From Thermodesulfovibrionales bacterium (GTDB lineage Bacteria > Nitrospirota > Thermodesulfovibrionia > Thermodesulfovibrionales > CALJEL01), in NCBI GenBank assembly GCA_026417875.1, contig JAOACK010000005.1:5062-69061 (forward strand): a DNA stretch of 64,000 bases, read 5' to 3'. This document shows, in pieces, positions 8,869 to 18,327 of the stretch (positions within the stretch are counted from its first letter, which is position 1; the number at the start of each line of letters is the position of its first letter). A model generated the notes under the pieces. It was not told the origin of the DNA and did not search any database. It saw only the letters and a program-made list of their open reading frames with translations. Both the position numbers and the translations under genes were made by a program.

Positions 8869-9989
8869 CAATACCTCAGGAAAGCACCTATGGACCCGTA
8901 TTTTTTTAATTCCTCAGAGGGTTCTGAAAGAACCTCAACAAGACTTCCCTGTTCAATTGCCTTTTCTCCAGCAAGCCCTATGATATGCTCTATGAATTCT
9001 ATCCTTCCACTGCAATAGGGACATTTCTCTATCTTCTGGGCTGTGAGATATCCACAGCCAGTACAGTGATAACCACCATTTTCAAAATCCTTAGAAATTA
9101 TTAACTTCATCACCCTTTTATCCTGAATTGCCTTAAGGACATCATCAAGTCCAAGCACAGCAGGCCCACCTTTAAGGCTAACCTCTATCAGTTTTTTTAC
9201 ATCCTCTTCCTCCTTTTTTCTTTCAAACTCCTTTATAACAGGTTCAACTTTCCTTAATACCTCATCAGGTTTTGCAAACATTTCTATCCTGACAGTTCCT
9301 ATAACCTTATTTAAAAGCTCTTTTGGAAGTCTATCTTTAATCATGGATACAGCCTCGGGAGAGCCTCCGATAATCAGTCTTCCAATATATTCTCCGTTCA
9401 TGAAGGAAGCAAGTTTTTCAATTACCTCCTTAAGATGAATTCCTACATGGTAATCAATATGTCTCTCATAGTGATCCTGGGAGAGGGCAAACCAACCACC
9501 CTTTTTATGCTTACCTGGCACGCCCTCTGTGTGCACCTCTCCATACTCAACAATCTCTCCGAGATGGACAACAAATATTCTTGCTGATTCCTTATCCACA
9601 ATCAAGATACAGTACCGCTGGTAATTGTCAAGAAGGTCAATAAGTGGTTTTGTATAGGGAAATCTATCTATAATAAGCTCATTCTTAACAGGTACATTTA
9701 GATGATAAACCTTCCAGAATAAATCATCCTCACCAGCAAAAACCGCTAGACCCTTTTTAAAGAGACGTTTACTTGTGAGGACATAATTCTCTATTTTTGA
9801 CATTGAATCCTTAACTTTCCTGTAAATCTCCCTGTCAAGATTATCAGATGTATGTTTAATCATATTTTTAAAATGGACCATATAATCTCCGGCCTTATTG
9901 AAAAGAGGATCGACATTCAGATAAAGACTCACAAAATAACCCTTTCCATCAAGTTCTGCCATCTCTTTTAATTCTCTCCTGTCCAGCAT
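8868..9989 (-). CDS. Bacterial eRF1-like protein (baeRF1 / Vms1-Ankzf1-type peptidyl-tRNA hydrolase family) with a C-terminal zinc ribbon
   Basis: 373 aa. The central loop VPGKHKKGGWFALSQDHYERH resembles the aRF1/eRF1 KKHGRGGQSxxRFxR loop, but with GGW...SQ in place of GGQS. The three-domain length is right for the family. The C-terminal domain carries CTGCGY...CPYCSG (CxxC-x(n)-CxxC). A strong RBS (GGAGG) lies upstream. Confidence 0.65.
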   Translation of the reverse strand: MLDRRELKEMAELDGKGYFVSLYLNVDPLFNKAGDYMVHFKNMIKHTSDNLDREIYRKVKDSMSKIENYVLTSKRLFKKGLAVFAGEDDLFWKVYHLNVPVKNELIIDRFPYTKPLIDLLDNYQRYCILIVDKESARIFVVHLGEIVEYGEVHTEGVPGKHKKGGWFALSQDHYERHIDYHVGIHLKEVIEKLASFMNGEYIGRLIIGGSPEAVSMIKDRLPKELLNKVIGTVRIEMFAKPDEVLRKVEPVIKEFERKKEEEDVKKLIEVSLKGGPAVLGLDDVLKAIQDKRVMKLIISKDFENGGYHCTGCGYLTAQKIEKCPYCSGRIEFIEHIIGLAGEKAIEQGSLVEVLSEPSEELKKYGSIGAFLRY

Positions 9990-10056
9990 ACCCTACCTCC
10001 GTAAAAGAAAATTAGATATGGATTAACCCTTATCAGGGGATTTAGAATTTTATATC

Positions 10057-10065
10057 ATTATAGCA
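10057..10065 (-). promoter_or_regulatory. Candidate extended -10 element (TGCTATAAT) for the eRF1-like operon
   Basis: The plus strand reads ATTATAGCA, which is TGCTATAAT on the minus strand, about 70 nt upstream of the ATG at 9989. No convincing -35 element was seen. Confidence 0.3.
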
Positions 10066-10613
10066 CAGAAAAGAAAAACTCAGAATTAAGATAACACAAA
10101 AAAAGTATATTCTTTTAAAGCAATTTCTGATTCTGAATTTTGCAATCAAATAATACAAATCGAAGATAAAAAGTCAAACTTCAAATTATTAAAAGGAAAG
10201 TAATTTTCTCTCCTAAGGACACAGTAAATAATGAGAGAATCAATATCAAGATTCATATTTTTAACGGGTAATAAGGCTTCTTGTCTGTTCGCACTCTATC
10301 CTCTGATGTCCTTTCTACCGGAACCAACATAGAACTCTCACGTATTTGAGTCTATCACTTTGACATTGCTATCTGCATCTCAGCACTCTTATGAATATCC
10401 TTCTGTATCTCCCATAAGCCCCGACATTAACAAAGATATCATAAAAGCCCACAGGAATGAAGTAAAAACCTCCTATGCCGAACAAAAGCTACACTTTTAC
10501 TTTAAAGAAAAGGACTGAAAAAATCAATAACAGAGAATTAGGGATTAGAGCATTTAAGAAATCTCTTTTTATGTTGACTTACTGCGGACAAACAAAGGAA
10601 GATTAATGACGGG

Positions 10614-11483
10614 CTATATATTAAGTTCAAAACTCTGAATTGCCTCACCACCGTATCCATCACTAACAACTACAGTGAAACTAACTTGGCCTCTAAAACC
10701 CTCAGGAACCAACCATCTAATAATACCGTTCACATGATCGATGGTCATACCCTGAGGCGCAGATTTAAGGAAATAGGTAAGAGTATCGCCATCAATGTCC
10801 ATAGCCTTTATCTGACAGGTAAAAAGATTTCCATCAAATTGATTGTCTTTATAGTCAATTATAATGGGTGGAATATTTGTTATCTCTCTTCTTAAAAGAA
10901 GAGCCTCCCCATAATCCTCCCCATCAAAAGGAGTAATTTTAACTGTGACCTTATCACCTCTTTTTACAGTTTCCTGGATCTGTCTTTCCTTTCCTGCGGG
11001 CTCACCATTTTTTGTCCATTCATAAAGAATTATGACCGGGTCTCCATCAGCGTCAGCTGCTTCCGCATCAACATAGAGTCTATCACCTGGCCTGAATATC
11101 TCTGGCATGAGCTTTACTCTCTTTAACTCCGGTAGTGCGTTTTTAACCCTTACTTCCTTTGAAAATAATAATCTTTCATCCATTAAAGCCCTCACCATTA
11201 TCACATCATCCCTTTTTAATCCTTCTGTGCTTAATCTTAAATTTCCTGTTTCTGCTCTTTTTCCATTTATGTACCATTCAATCTTTACTTTGGATGGATC
11301 AATATTTTTAAAAACCAGTTCCACATAAGAATTACCTTTGGGCTCAGAGGTATTGAGATCTATAGAATAATCAGAAAATTGTATCAGAGAAGAGGGAGTT
11401 TCCTGAAAAGCTTGCTTCTCAGGTCTTTCCTTAGTACAGGATATGAATAAGAACAAAAGGAATATTAAGAAAAATATTCTCAT
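10614..11483 (-). CDS. Lipoprotein with cadherin-like / He_PIG-type Ig domains
   Basis: 289 aa with a lipobox (LFISCT). The C-terminal sequence DIDGDTLTYFLKSAPQGMTIDHVNGIIRWLVPEGFRGQVSFTVVVSDGYGG is typical of putative Ig (dystroglycan/cadherin-like) domains. It is the last gene of the pilus operon, with its start abutting the preceding stop. Confidence 0.6.
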   Translation of the reverse strand: MRIFFLIFLLFLFISCTKERPEKQAFQETPSSLIQFSDYSIDLNTSEPKGNSYVELVFKNIDPSKVKIEWYINGKRAETGNLRLSTEGLKRDDVIMVRALMDERLLFSKEVRVKNALPELKRVKLMPEIFRPGDRLYVDAEAADADGDPVIILYEWTKNGEPAGKERQIQETVKRGDKVTVKITPFDGEDYGEALLLRREITNIPPIIIDYKDNQFDGNLFTCQIKAMDIDGDTLTYFLKSAPQGMTIDHVNGIIRWLVPEGFRGQVSFTVVVSDGYGGEAIQSFELNI

Positions 11484-12103
11484 CAGTATTCATAAAGAAC
11501 AGAGAGTTTTGCCCTCTCGGATGGATTATCAATCCTCTGGCTCAATATCTCAATAGTATAAAGATAAGGTATGCTCATAACAGCAACCTCACCTGGGTTT
11601 GACTCAACCACACCACCTTTTATTAAACCTTCGTCACCGCCAGAATTTCCCTCAACTGTATCTACAATCTTTGCATAAACCCTGTAAGTGCCAATATCAA
11701 AGCGCACGTCATAAGTTAAGGGAGGATTGTTGTTTTCTGAAGGGTCAATTATAAGTGAGGTAGCACTACTTAGATTAGGACAGACGCTGCTCCAGTTGGC
11801 TGTTGCTTTGTTCATCTTTTCTATAAGACAGTTCGGTATAGATCTTTGAAAATTTAATAATCCTGTCACAGTGGAATCAAAAGGATTATTCCCCCTTGCT
11901 GCAATAACCTTCAGGCTTATATCAACTCCACCTGAGGCAGCCTCAAGGGCTGTTTTATATCTCTTCTCAATACCTGATATCTGGGTGCCGACTGTAACAA
12001 GATATATCAGTCCAGCCATTATTACAAGTGATATAGCAGATAGGACAAGCACTGTAACCAAGGCAATGCCACTTTCTGATAAAATCCTTTTAATACCTTT
12101 CAT
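11483..12103 (-). CDS. PilX-like minor pseudopilin
   Basis: 206 aa with the N-terminal hydrophobic segment SESGIALVTVLVLSAISLVIMAGLIYLV typical of the PilX N-terminal domain. It lies in the operon after a PilW-like gene. Confidence 0.6.
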   Translation of the reverse strand: MKGIKRILSESGIALVTVLVLSAISLVIMAGLIYLVTVGTQISGIEKRYKTALEAASGGVDISLKVIAARGNNPFDSTVTGLLNFQRSIPNCLIEKMNKATANWSSVCPNLSSATSLIIDPSENNNPPLTYDVRFDIGTYRVYAKIVDTVEGNSGGDEGLIKGGVVESNPGEVAVMSIPYLYTIEILSQRIDNPSERAKLSVLYEY

Positions 12104-12106
12104 ATC

Positions 12107-13237
12107 TCACCCCAGATTATTCGGCTTGACAACAAGCTTGTAAATCTTCCACCTGTAATATTTATATTCAGGATCACCTATCCTTGTTTTAAGATCAAAG
12201 GACTGCCCCAAACCTGTCTCTCCCACATAAACAGTAGGATTTGGATAATTATAATTAATATCCCTCTGTCCTTCATGGGCAAGGATATAGACCCTGACCT
12301 CTTTCACCTGTTTTCTGATCTGCCCGGCTGTAAGAGCACTTATATCATTTGTTAAGTTATCAGGTACGCCGTTATTATCAGTATCTATTGCAAATACTAT
12401 CTGCATATCTGCCACACAGTCAATAACAGGATATTCAGTAAACTGATTTGTTCCAGAAGTGGAACCATGATTCATTGTTGCTTTATATAGAACACCCGTT
12501 CCAGAAGCACACCTTGAGGGTAAATTATTTCTATTTATAAAATAATCAGCACGGTTAAAGGGTACCTTAGGATTAGTGTTTCGAATAATTCCATAAATAA
12601 CCCTCGTGGATATCGAGTCTGAAGGTTTAAAATCACCAGCATTACTGTACACTTTGTAAAAAGTAGAACCGCTGCCAACAAGTGTTCTATAATTTGATTC
12701 TGATGTCCCAGGGTCAATAACTATAACCCTATCATTTCCATCAAAGGATTCTCCAGAGATATCAGACCTGATTACACCTGTATTTTTTAATAGTGCCCAC
12801 TTTCTGCTAGAATCATTTTCTGTGATAATTGCTGATTTAATAACAAGATAATCAGAACCATTAAAGCACAAATTATTTCCGCTGACTATGGCTCTGGGTG
12901 GATTCGGGGGATTGTCATTATAAGTAACAGGGTTTGCGGTCGTAGCAGGACCGCATGGTTGTGCAGTAAATGTCTCTGCTGCAGCATAGGTAATACCTGA
13001 AGATAGATTCCAGGGCAGCCCATAACCAGCACCTTCTATATCCCTTCTGAGTATCTCAAGACCCATTATACCCTCAACATTTGTCTCCATAATAGCTGAT
13101 TGCTGCCTGAAGAGATTTAGCTGATTGATGAAAAGATTGCTAACAAGTGTTATGGCAATGATAAATATAGACATTGTAATAAGAAGTTCAACAATAGTAA
13201 AACCTTTATTTAACATTTTTTCCATTCTCTTACTCAT
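12107..13237 (-). CDS. PilW-like minor pilin (prepilin-type N-terminal cleavage/methylation domain)
   Basis: The N-terminus reads MSKRMEKMLNKGFTIVELLITMSIFIIAI (G/FTxxE class III signal). The start at 13237 forms an ATGA overlap with the upstream stop. The track start at 13294 adds a non-pilin extension. Confidence 0.7.
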   Translation of the reverse strand: MSKRMEKMLNKGFTIVELLITMSIFIIAITLVSNLFINQLNLFRQQSAIMETNVEGIMGLEILRRDIEGAGYGLPWNLSSGITYAAAETFTAQPCGPATTANPVTYNDNPPNPPRAIVSGNNLCFNGSDYLVIKSAIITENDSSRKWALLKNTGVIRSDISGESFDGNDRVIVIDPGTSESNYRTLVGSGSTFYKVYSNAGDFKPSDSISTRVIYGIIRNTNPKVPFNRADYFINRNNLPSRCASGTGVLYKATMNHGSTSGTNQFTEYPVIDCVADMQIVFAIDTDNNGVPDNLTNDISALTAGQIRKQVKEVRVYILAHEGQRDINYNYPNPTVYVGETGLGQSFDLKTRIGDPEYKYYRWKIYKLVVKPNNLG

Positions 13238-13689
13238 GACTTCTTCCTTATTGAAGTAATGCTGTGGGAATAACATTCTCCCCTGTACTGCCACCGCACC
13301 AGTATATTAACCTCCTTTGTATCTGTACCAAGAGACCTGACTGTCCTCCTGCTTCCAAAATCGATATCATTATTTCTGATTCTTCTTGTTATCTTTACAG
13401 GATAATTATTAGGATCATTCACTGGAGGTCTCTTACACGGTGCTATTTCAAAATTTGCCCCTGGTGTGGCATCAGAAAGGAGAGCATCAAAATTCATATT
13501 TCTTGCTTCCTCCATCCTCTCAGCAGCTATCCTTACTGCTTCATCTCGCATTTCATTTTTTAAATTCGTCTCAAGGGAAATTAACGAGGTCTGCATGAGA
13601 GCAAGAGAGACAATAAGAAAGATCACAAGGGCAACCATAACCTCTATTAATGTTGCACCTTTTTTATTTTGCAATACATTGACTGCCAT
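13234..13689 (-). CDS. PilV-like minor pilin
   Basis: The N-terminus MAVNVLQNKKGATLIEVMVALVIFLIVSLALMQ carries a prepilin methylation motif. I prefer the start at 13689. Confidence 0.7.
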   Translation of the reverse strand: MAVNVLQNKKGATLIEVMVALVIFLIVSLALMQTSLISLETNLKNEMRDEAVRIAAERMEEARNMNFDALLSDATPGANFEIAPCKRPPVNDPNNYPVKITRRIRNNDIDFGSRRTVRSLGTDTKEVNILVRWQYRGECYSHSITSIRKKS

Positions 13690-14140
13690 TCCATTCTCCC
13701 AAGTTAATCCTTGTTGTAAATACATCTATGCAATTAATATAAGCCTGTTCTTCTATCCGGACATGACCCATTCTGTTAGAAAGTCCATCTTTTTGAAAAT
13801 TGAATGTATTGTTTGAAAAATTATTTCTTAAAGTGTATGGAAGGCTCCTCTGGACTATAATTCTATCACCCTGGTCATCGCAATCTCCATCTCCATCAGG
13901 TACTGGACTGTAGTCTCCTTTTATTACATAAGAATTTGTTCCCAGGGTTACGCATACCAATCTGTTTTCTGAAAGTGCTATCTGCCTGCCTCTAAGAAGA
14001 TCTGCATGTATCTCCCTGATGGTCCTTTCAACATTATATCTTCTCATCCATCCCTGAAAGGAAATGGTAATAGCAAACAATATCGCAATTATTGCAACAA
14101 CAATGACAACCTCTGTAATGGTAAAGCCTTTGGTATTCAC
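13664..14140 (-). CDS. FimT/GspH-like minor pilin
   Basis: The N-terminus MNTKGFTITEVVIVVAIIAILFAITI is a prepilin signal, followed by RTIREIHADLLRGRQIAL, typical of the GspH/FimT domain. Confidence 0.7.
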   Translation of the reverse strand: MNTKGFTITEVVIVVAIIAILFAITISFQGWMRRYNVERTIREIHADLLRGRQIALSENRLVCVTLGTNSYVIKGDYSPVPDGDGDCDDQGDRIIVQRSLPYTLRNNFSNNTFNFQKDGLSNRMGHVRIEEQAYINCIDVFTTRINLGEWNGSQCIAK

Positions 14141-17100
14141 CTTTCCCTCACATGAATAATTCTCTTAACCGGTGCAGGTGATGTCATGATAGAAAGACCC
14201 TGCTGAACAGGAGGCACACCTTCAAGGCTGTAGGATTTCCTTCCACCAGCAGCAGTAAAAGCCCGTGAGAGGTCAATCTGCTCAATAGCACCTGTTGAGA
14301 CCTGAAGTATTCCCACACCTTTAAGAAGACCACCTGGAGCACCTCCTGTATCGTATTTAACAGCCCAGAGGAAGCTTTTACCACCAAGTGAGCATATATC
14401 GTTGTAGGGTTTATATGCTGTAAAGAACACTACACCAATTGTTCCTGTGAGGGGGTCTGTTATAACCCTTTCAGCCATATACTGTCTTGTTATCTGGAGG
14501 GCACAGGAACCATCACTATTGTATCTTTCGCAATAGGTATAATTACCCTCGCGATCAAGCCTTATATACCAGCCATCTGGATCATCGGTCCCCTCAGGTC
14601 TATCAGTTACATCTGTGAGCTGACCAAGAGTCCTTAATCTTGCTGATGAATCATTTAAGCAGCTTCCACTCCAGCCATTATTATAGCAGGGTTCTGTAAA
14701 TCCCACAATATGTCTCTGACCAGTGGCATCATCTATGTCATCAGGTCTTGAATAGAAATACCTTCCTGTACCAGCATAGAGCCAGAGCTTACCTGTCTTT
14801 TTATTAAGCAGATTAGCAACTGCTGATGTTACAGGACCTATGTTATCAATCACAGTGCTAAAGGACCATCTGCTCACATCCATTGTTTCCCTCATTGCTC
14901 CCCCAATAGATTCCATAGTAATAAGCCTTAAAATACCACCTTGGGTAAAGGTATTATCAGATGCCCTTTTTACATAAGGTATATAGACTACATCATCCTG
15001 ATAATCCCGGTCTGTATCCATTACACTATTAAGGAGTGAACCTGAAAAGGCATTTGTTATGTTTGTATCCAGTACCCATAGATTATTAGGTTTAGGACCA
15101 TTCTTGAGGTCAAGTATGAATATCTTTAGATTCTGATCTGATCTTCCGAGAAATTGTTGATTAACGGTATCTATTGGACCTGTTGGTCCTGAGCCAAAGA
15201 CTACAAACCATCTGCCATTTTTCCCTTGTTCACCTACTCTTATAATAGCAGGACCAGATGTTGTAAAGCCTAAGTCATCCCGTGCAAATTCCCAAAGAAG
15301 AACAGGATTATCAGGATCTGTCACATCAAGGGCGAAATAGGATGAATAACCGAGAGCAGTCTCGGGTGTTTTTACGCAATCAGTACAAGAAGCATTAACA
15401 TTCCTGCAGGCACCACCAAACCTCATGCCTCCTATAACAATAGTCCTCCAGCTTTCAGGGGTCTTATCACAAGTCCAGTAATCACCTATACAATTAGCAG
15501 GATTATTTATACTTGCATCAAATATATATGGTGTAAGGTCAACTGAATATATATGGCAGTAACCAGGGTCTGCATAATATTTAAGATATGGAAGGACATG
15601 CTTTGGAATAAATGCCCATAGCTCCTTACCAAGTTCAGAGCCAGAAAGACAGGCTTTGTAATCAGAACTGCATGTCTCACTTGTAGGAAATTCAAGTCTT
15701 CCAAGTTTAAAGGCATGGAGCATTCCATCATTCCCACCGGCAAAGACTATACCTCTCTGCCTGTAATTGGTAGAATTAAGATATTGCTCATAGGTAGTAT
15801 CACCATATTTCTGGTGATAACTATTAAGGGGTATCCAGGACATAACCTTTGGTGTAGAGTTCAAAACATCTCCAAGCTTCCAGACCTTCGGCTCCTCACC
15901 ACTATCCAGAACATCACCATCTCCGTTTAGGTCAATTGCAACTGTTCTTGACCTTAAAAAACTGTACTCTCTTCCATTCATGTAATTTATTAATGTTATA
16001 GCATCATTATCGTTTATCTGCAGATCACCATTTAAATCCCCTGGTGCAAGATAAGGTCTTAATTGAGAGGCATTTCCTTCAGAAAAGGAGAGCATATTAT
16101 TCTGGCATGTTCCACCAAGACAGCTTGTGAATATTCTTCTTGGCGAAGTATTAATATCCCTTTTCCACAGTTCAAGACCAGCCTCCCAGAGCACCTTTGT
16201 CCTTTCAAAGATTACAGAGGAAGAAGATGAAGGATTATAGATATTCTGTATTGAATTATAGTCATAAAGATCAGCAAAGGTTGCTTCAAGAGATGGGTCA
16301 AATCTCATGGTGATTTTTTTGTCATCTAAGAATCTGAGCTTTCTGTCCTGATTGCTATCCTCAACAATTGTACTCTGAGCAAAGAGGGGGTCAACAAAAT
16401 ACCAGTAATTTGAGAGCCTTCCTATCCAGGATATCTCCCTGTCAAAGATACCACCTCTCTGGATAGAGGTAGTCCTCGGATAAAATACTGCCTGTATGAG
16501 ATTTGCACCCTGGCCCTCGCCAGAGGCAAGCACAGATGCAGCAGTTCCAGAAGCAGCCCTTCTTAAGATATCCTGAAGAGCCTGCCTCAATTGTTCTTCA
16601 AGATTATTTTCATCAGCAGGATAAAATTTACCTCCGCCTTTTAAAGCAGCCTCTTCAAGATAAGGCCGTGTCTGGTCATTACCAAAGGTGTGGACTACAT
16701 AAAGGGATATAAATTGTTTACCATTTTTATCATTCCTCAGGTCATTAAGAAAAGCCCATTGTGCATTATTTACAAAACATGTTCCTGTTGAAGCATTACA
16801 GGTGTTAGTAGGACCAGTTAGATTTGGTAAGGTAGGGCCAGAAAGATTTGAACCACTTGTAATAAGAAGTATAAAATTTAATCTGCACGGAGTATTATCT
16901 ATTGGATCTCTGTTTGTGCAACCATGATAGGCATTTGAATCATACTCAGGTCTGCCACTTGTAGTATTAATAAAATAATGTGTTATTCCGTATAAGCCCT
17001 TAGCAAGGGCAGAGGCTGGTGCAGGTGTAGCATTCTGTATTGCTGTATAAAAACTTGATGCAGGTGATGCAGGAATACAGGTCTCAACATCTATCCTAGG

Positions 17101-18276
17101 AGTGGTTCCAAAGAAATCTGTCAAGCCCCATCTTGCCCTTGGATTAATATCATCCCAGAATTCCTGAATAACTCCTTTTTTACCATCCCACTGACCATTA
17201 CCATTTTGATCTGTAAATGATTCACCAGGATCCCATATATCATTGCCATTAGAGTCTGTCAGAGGTTCTTCGGGGAGGTCTACTTTTACATTGAATTGCT
17301 TAGAACTTACAGTAGGGCTCTTAACTTGAATAGTTACGGTCTTTGAATCAGTTTGACCCGCTGTATCTCTTACCTGAACTGTAAAAGACCAGGTACCAGT
17401 ACTTGTAGGACTTCCGTAAATTATCCCTGAAGCCTGATCAAGATATAGCCCTGGTGGTAAAGACCCTGCTGTAATGTTCCATGTATACCTTGCAATACAA
17501 GAAGGCTGATTGCTACCTCCGCAGGGAGTATTTACTGGCATTCCCCATTTAGCCTCAAATGTAAACTTATAACAAATACCCACCTCAGCATCTGGAAGAC
17601 TTGAAGATGAAGGGGTAATAATAGATGGAGATTTTGATGCACTTGCACTTCCTGTAGAGCATGGGAAATTGGTATCTGTAGAACAATTTCCACTAGGACT
17701 AGGACATGACCCACCTCCTCCGCTACCACCTAATATTCCACAAGTACTGCCAGATATTGTCAAATTGGCATTACTAACAGAAAATGTGCAATTATTATAT
17801 GTCTTAGTCCAAGAACCACTTATGCTTGAAAGTGTATGGGCATTAGCCTGACGGGAAGCTGTTTTACCACCTAAAAGCACCTTTTGTAGAAGGTCAAACC
17901 TTGACATAGTTGCCCAGTTCATAAGGTTGCCAGGATAACAGTCAGGACCTGGAGAAGTACATCCTGTTGCCTCCTGAAATGTCTGTCCTGAATATCTGTA
18001 ATATTTGTTCGACTTAAAATAGCCGATATATGTTTTATTAGGATCATAAGTACTGCCGTAGGCAGCATTGAGCATGTCTTGAGAGTTGTCCATAAGGATC
18101 ATTATATTTGGAGGAACATTCTTTTTCACATAAGGCGGAACGAGGCAGTAATCCTCCATATTAGCGGCTTCTGAATTCAAGGGAAGGATAGAAAGTATTA
18201 TAAAGAGAACCATTAAAAATCTTGAATTTTTATAGCTATAAGGAAAGTCACTATGCTTATTTAATAGAGTCTTCAT
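14137..18276 (-). CDS. pilY1: PilY1-like type IV pilus tip adhesin (very large, with an Ig-like insert and Ca-binding loops)
   Basis: - About 1379 aa from the ATG at 18276, which is preceded by AAGGAGG.
- Signal peptide, then PPNIMILMDNSQDM (vWA/MIDAS-like).
- A Gly/Ser/Cys low-complexity stretch, then a He_PIG-type Ig domain (RYTWNITAGSLPPGLYLDQASGIIYGSPTSTGTWSFTVQVRD).
- DxDxDG-type loops (DLNGDLQINDND, DLNGDGDVLDSGEE).
- A long C-terminal beta-propeller-like region, as in PilC/PilY1. Confidence 0.72.
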   Translation of the reverse strand: MKTLLNKHSDFPYSYKNSRFLMVLFIILSILPLNSEAANMEDYCLVPPYVKKNVPPNIMILMDNSQDMLNAAYGSTYDPNKTYIGYFKSNKYYRYSGQTFQEATGCTSPGPDCYPGNLMNWATMSRFDLLQKVLLGGKTASRQANAHTLSSISGSWTKTYNNCTFSVSNANLTISGSTCGILGGSGGGGSCPSPSGNCSTDTNFPCSTGSASASKSPSIITPSSSSLPDAEVGICYKFTFEAKWGMPVNTPCGGSNQPSCIARYTWNITAGSLPPGLYLDQASGIIYGSPTSTGTWSFTVQVRDTAGQTDSKTVTIQVKSPTVSSKQFNVKVDLPEEPLTDSNGNDIWDPGESFTDQNGNGQWDGKKGVIQEFWDDINPRARWGLTDFFGTTPRIDVETCIPASPASSFYTAIQNATPAPASALAKGLYGITHYFINTTSGRPEYDSNAYHGCTNRDPIDNTPCRLNFILLITSGSNLSGPTLPNLTGPTNTCNASTGTCFVNNAQWAFLNDLRNDKNGKQFISLYVVHTFGNDQTRPYLEEAALKGGGKFYPADENNLEEQLRQALQDILRRAASGTAASVLASGEGQGANLIQAVFYPRTTSIQRGGIFDREISWIGRLSNYWYFVDPLFAQSTIVEDSNQDRKLRFLDDKKITMRFDPSLEATFADLYDYNSIQNIYNPSSSSSVIFERTKVLWEAGLELWKRDINTSPRRIFTSCLGGTCQNNMLSFSEGNASQLRPYLAPGDLNGDLQINDNDAITLINYMNGREYSFLRSRTVAIDLNGDGDVLDSGEEPKVWKLGDVLNSTPKVMSWIPLNSYHQKYGDTTYEQYLNSTNYRQRGIVFAGGNDGMLHAFKLGRLEFPTSETCSSDYKACLSGSELGKELWAFIPKHVLPYLKYYADPGYCHIYSVDLTPYIFDASINNPANCIGDYWTCDKTPESWRTIVIGGMRFGGACRNVNASCTDCVKTPETALGYSSYFALDVTDPDNPVLLWEFARDDLGFTTSGPAIIRVGEQGKNGRWFVVFGSGPTGPIDTVNQQFLGRSDQNLKIFILDLKNGPKPNNLWVLDTNITNAFSGSLLNSVMDTDRDYQDDVVYIPYVKRASDNTFTQGGILRLITMESIGGAMRETMDVSRWSFSTVIDNIGPVTSAVANLLNKKTGKLWLYAGTGRYFYSRPDDIDDATGQRHIVGFTEPCYNNGWSGSCLNDSSARLRTLGQLTDVTDRPEGTDDPDGWYIRLDREGNYTYCERYNSDGSCALQITRQYMAERVITDPLTGTIGVVFFTAYKPYNDICSLGGKSFLWAVKYDTGGAPGGLLKGVGILQVSTGAIEQIDLSRAFTAAGGRKSYSLEGVPPVQQGLSIMTSPAPVKRIIHVRER

Positions 18277-18312
18277 AATGAGTACCTCCTTAGAGATTCC
18301 TTCTCTTTTTAA

Positions 18313-18327
18313 GCAACTGCCGTGCCA
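18313..18327 (-). promoter_or_regulatory. Sigma-54 (-24/-12) promoter for the pilY1 minor-pilin operon
   Basis: The plus strand reads GCAA-CTGCC-GTGCCA, which is TGGCAC-GGCAG-TTGC on the minus strand. This exactly matches TGGCAC-N5-TTGC. It lies about 37 nt upstream of the ATG at 18276 and inside the over-extended track ORF. Confidence 0.6.

Noticed and set aside
9990-10613. Mobile element or prophage junction in the long spacer
   Set aside because: I could find no terminal inverted or direct repeats, integrase or transposase fragments, or a tRNA target. It is retained only as a low-interest observation.
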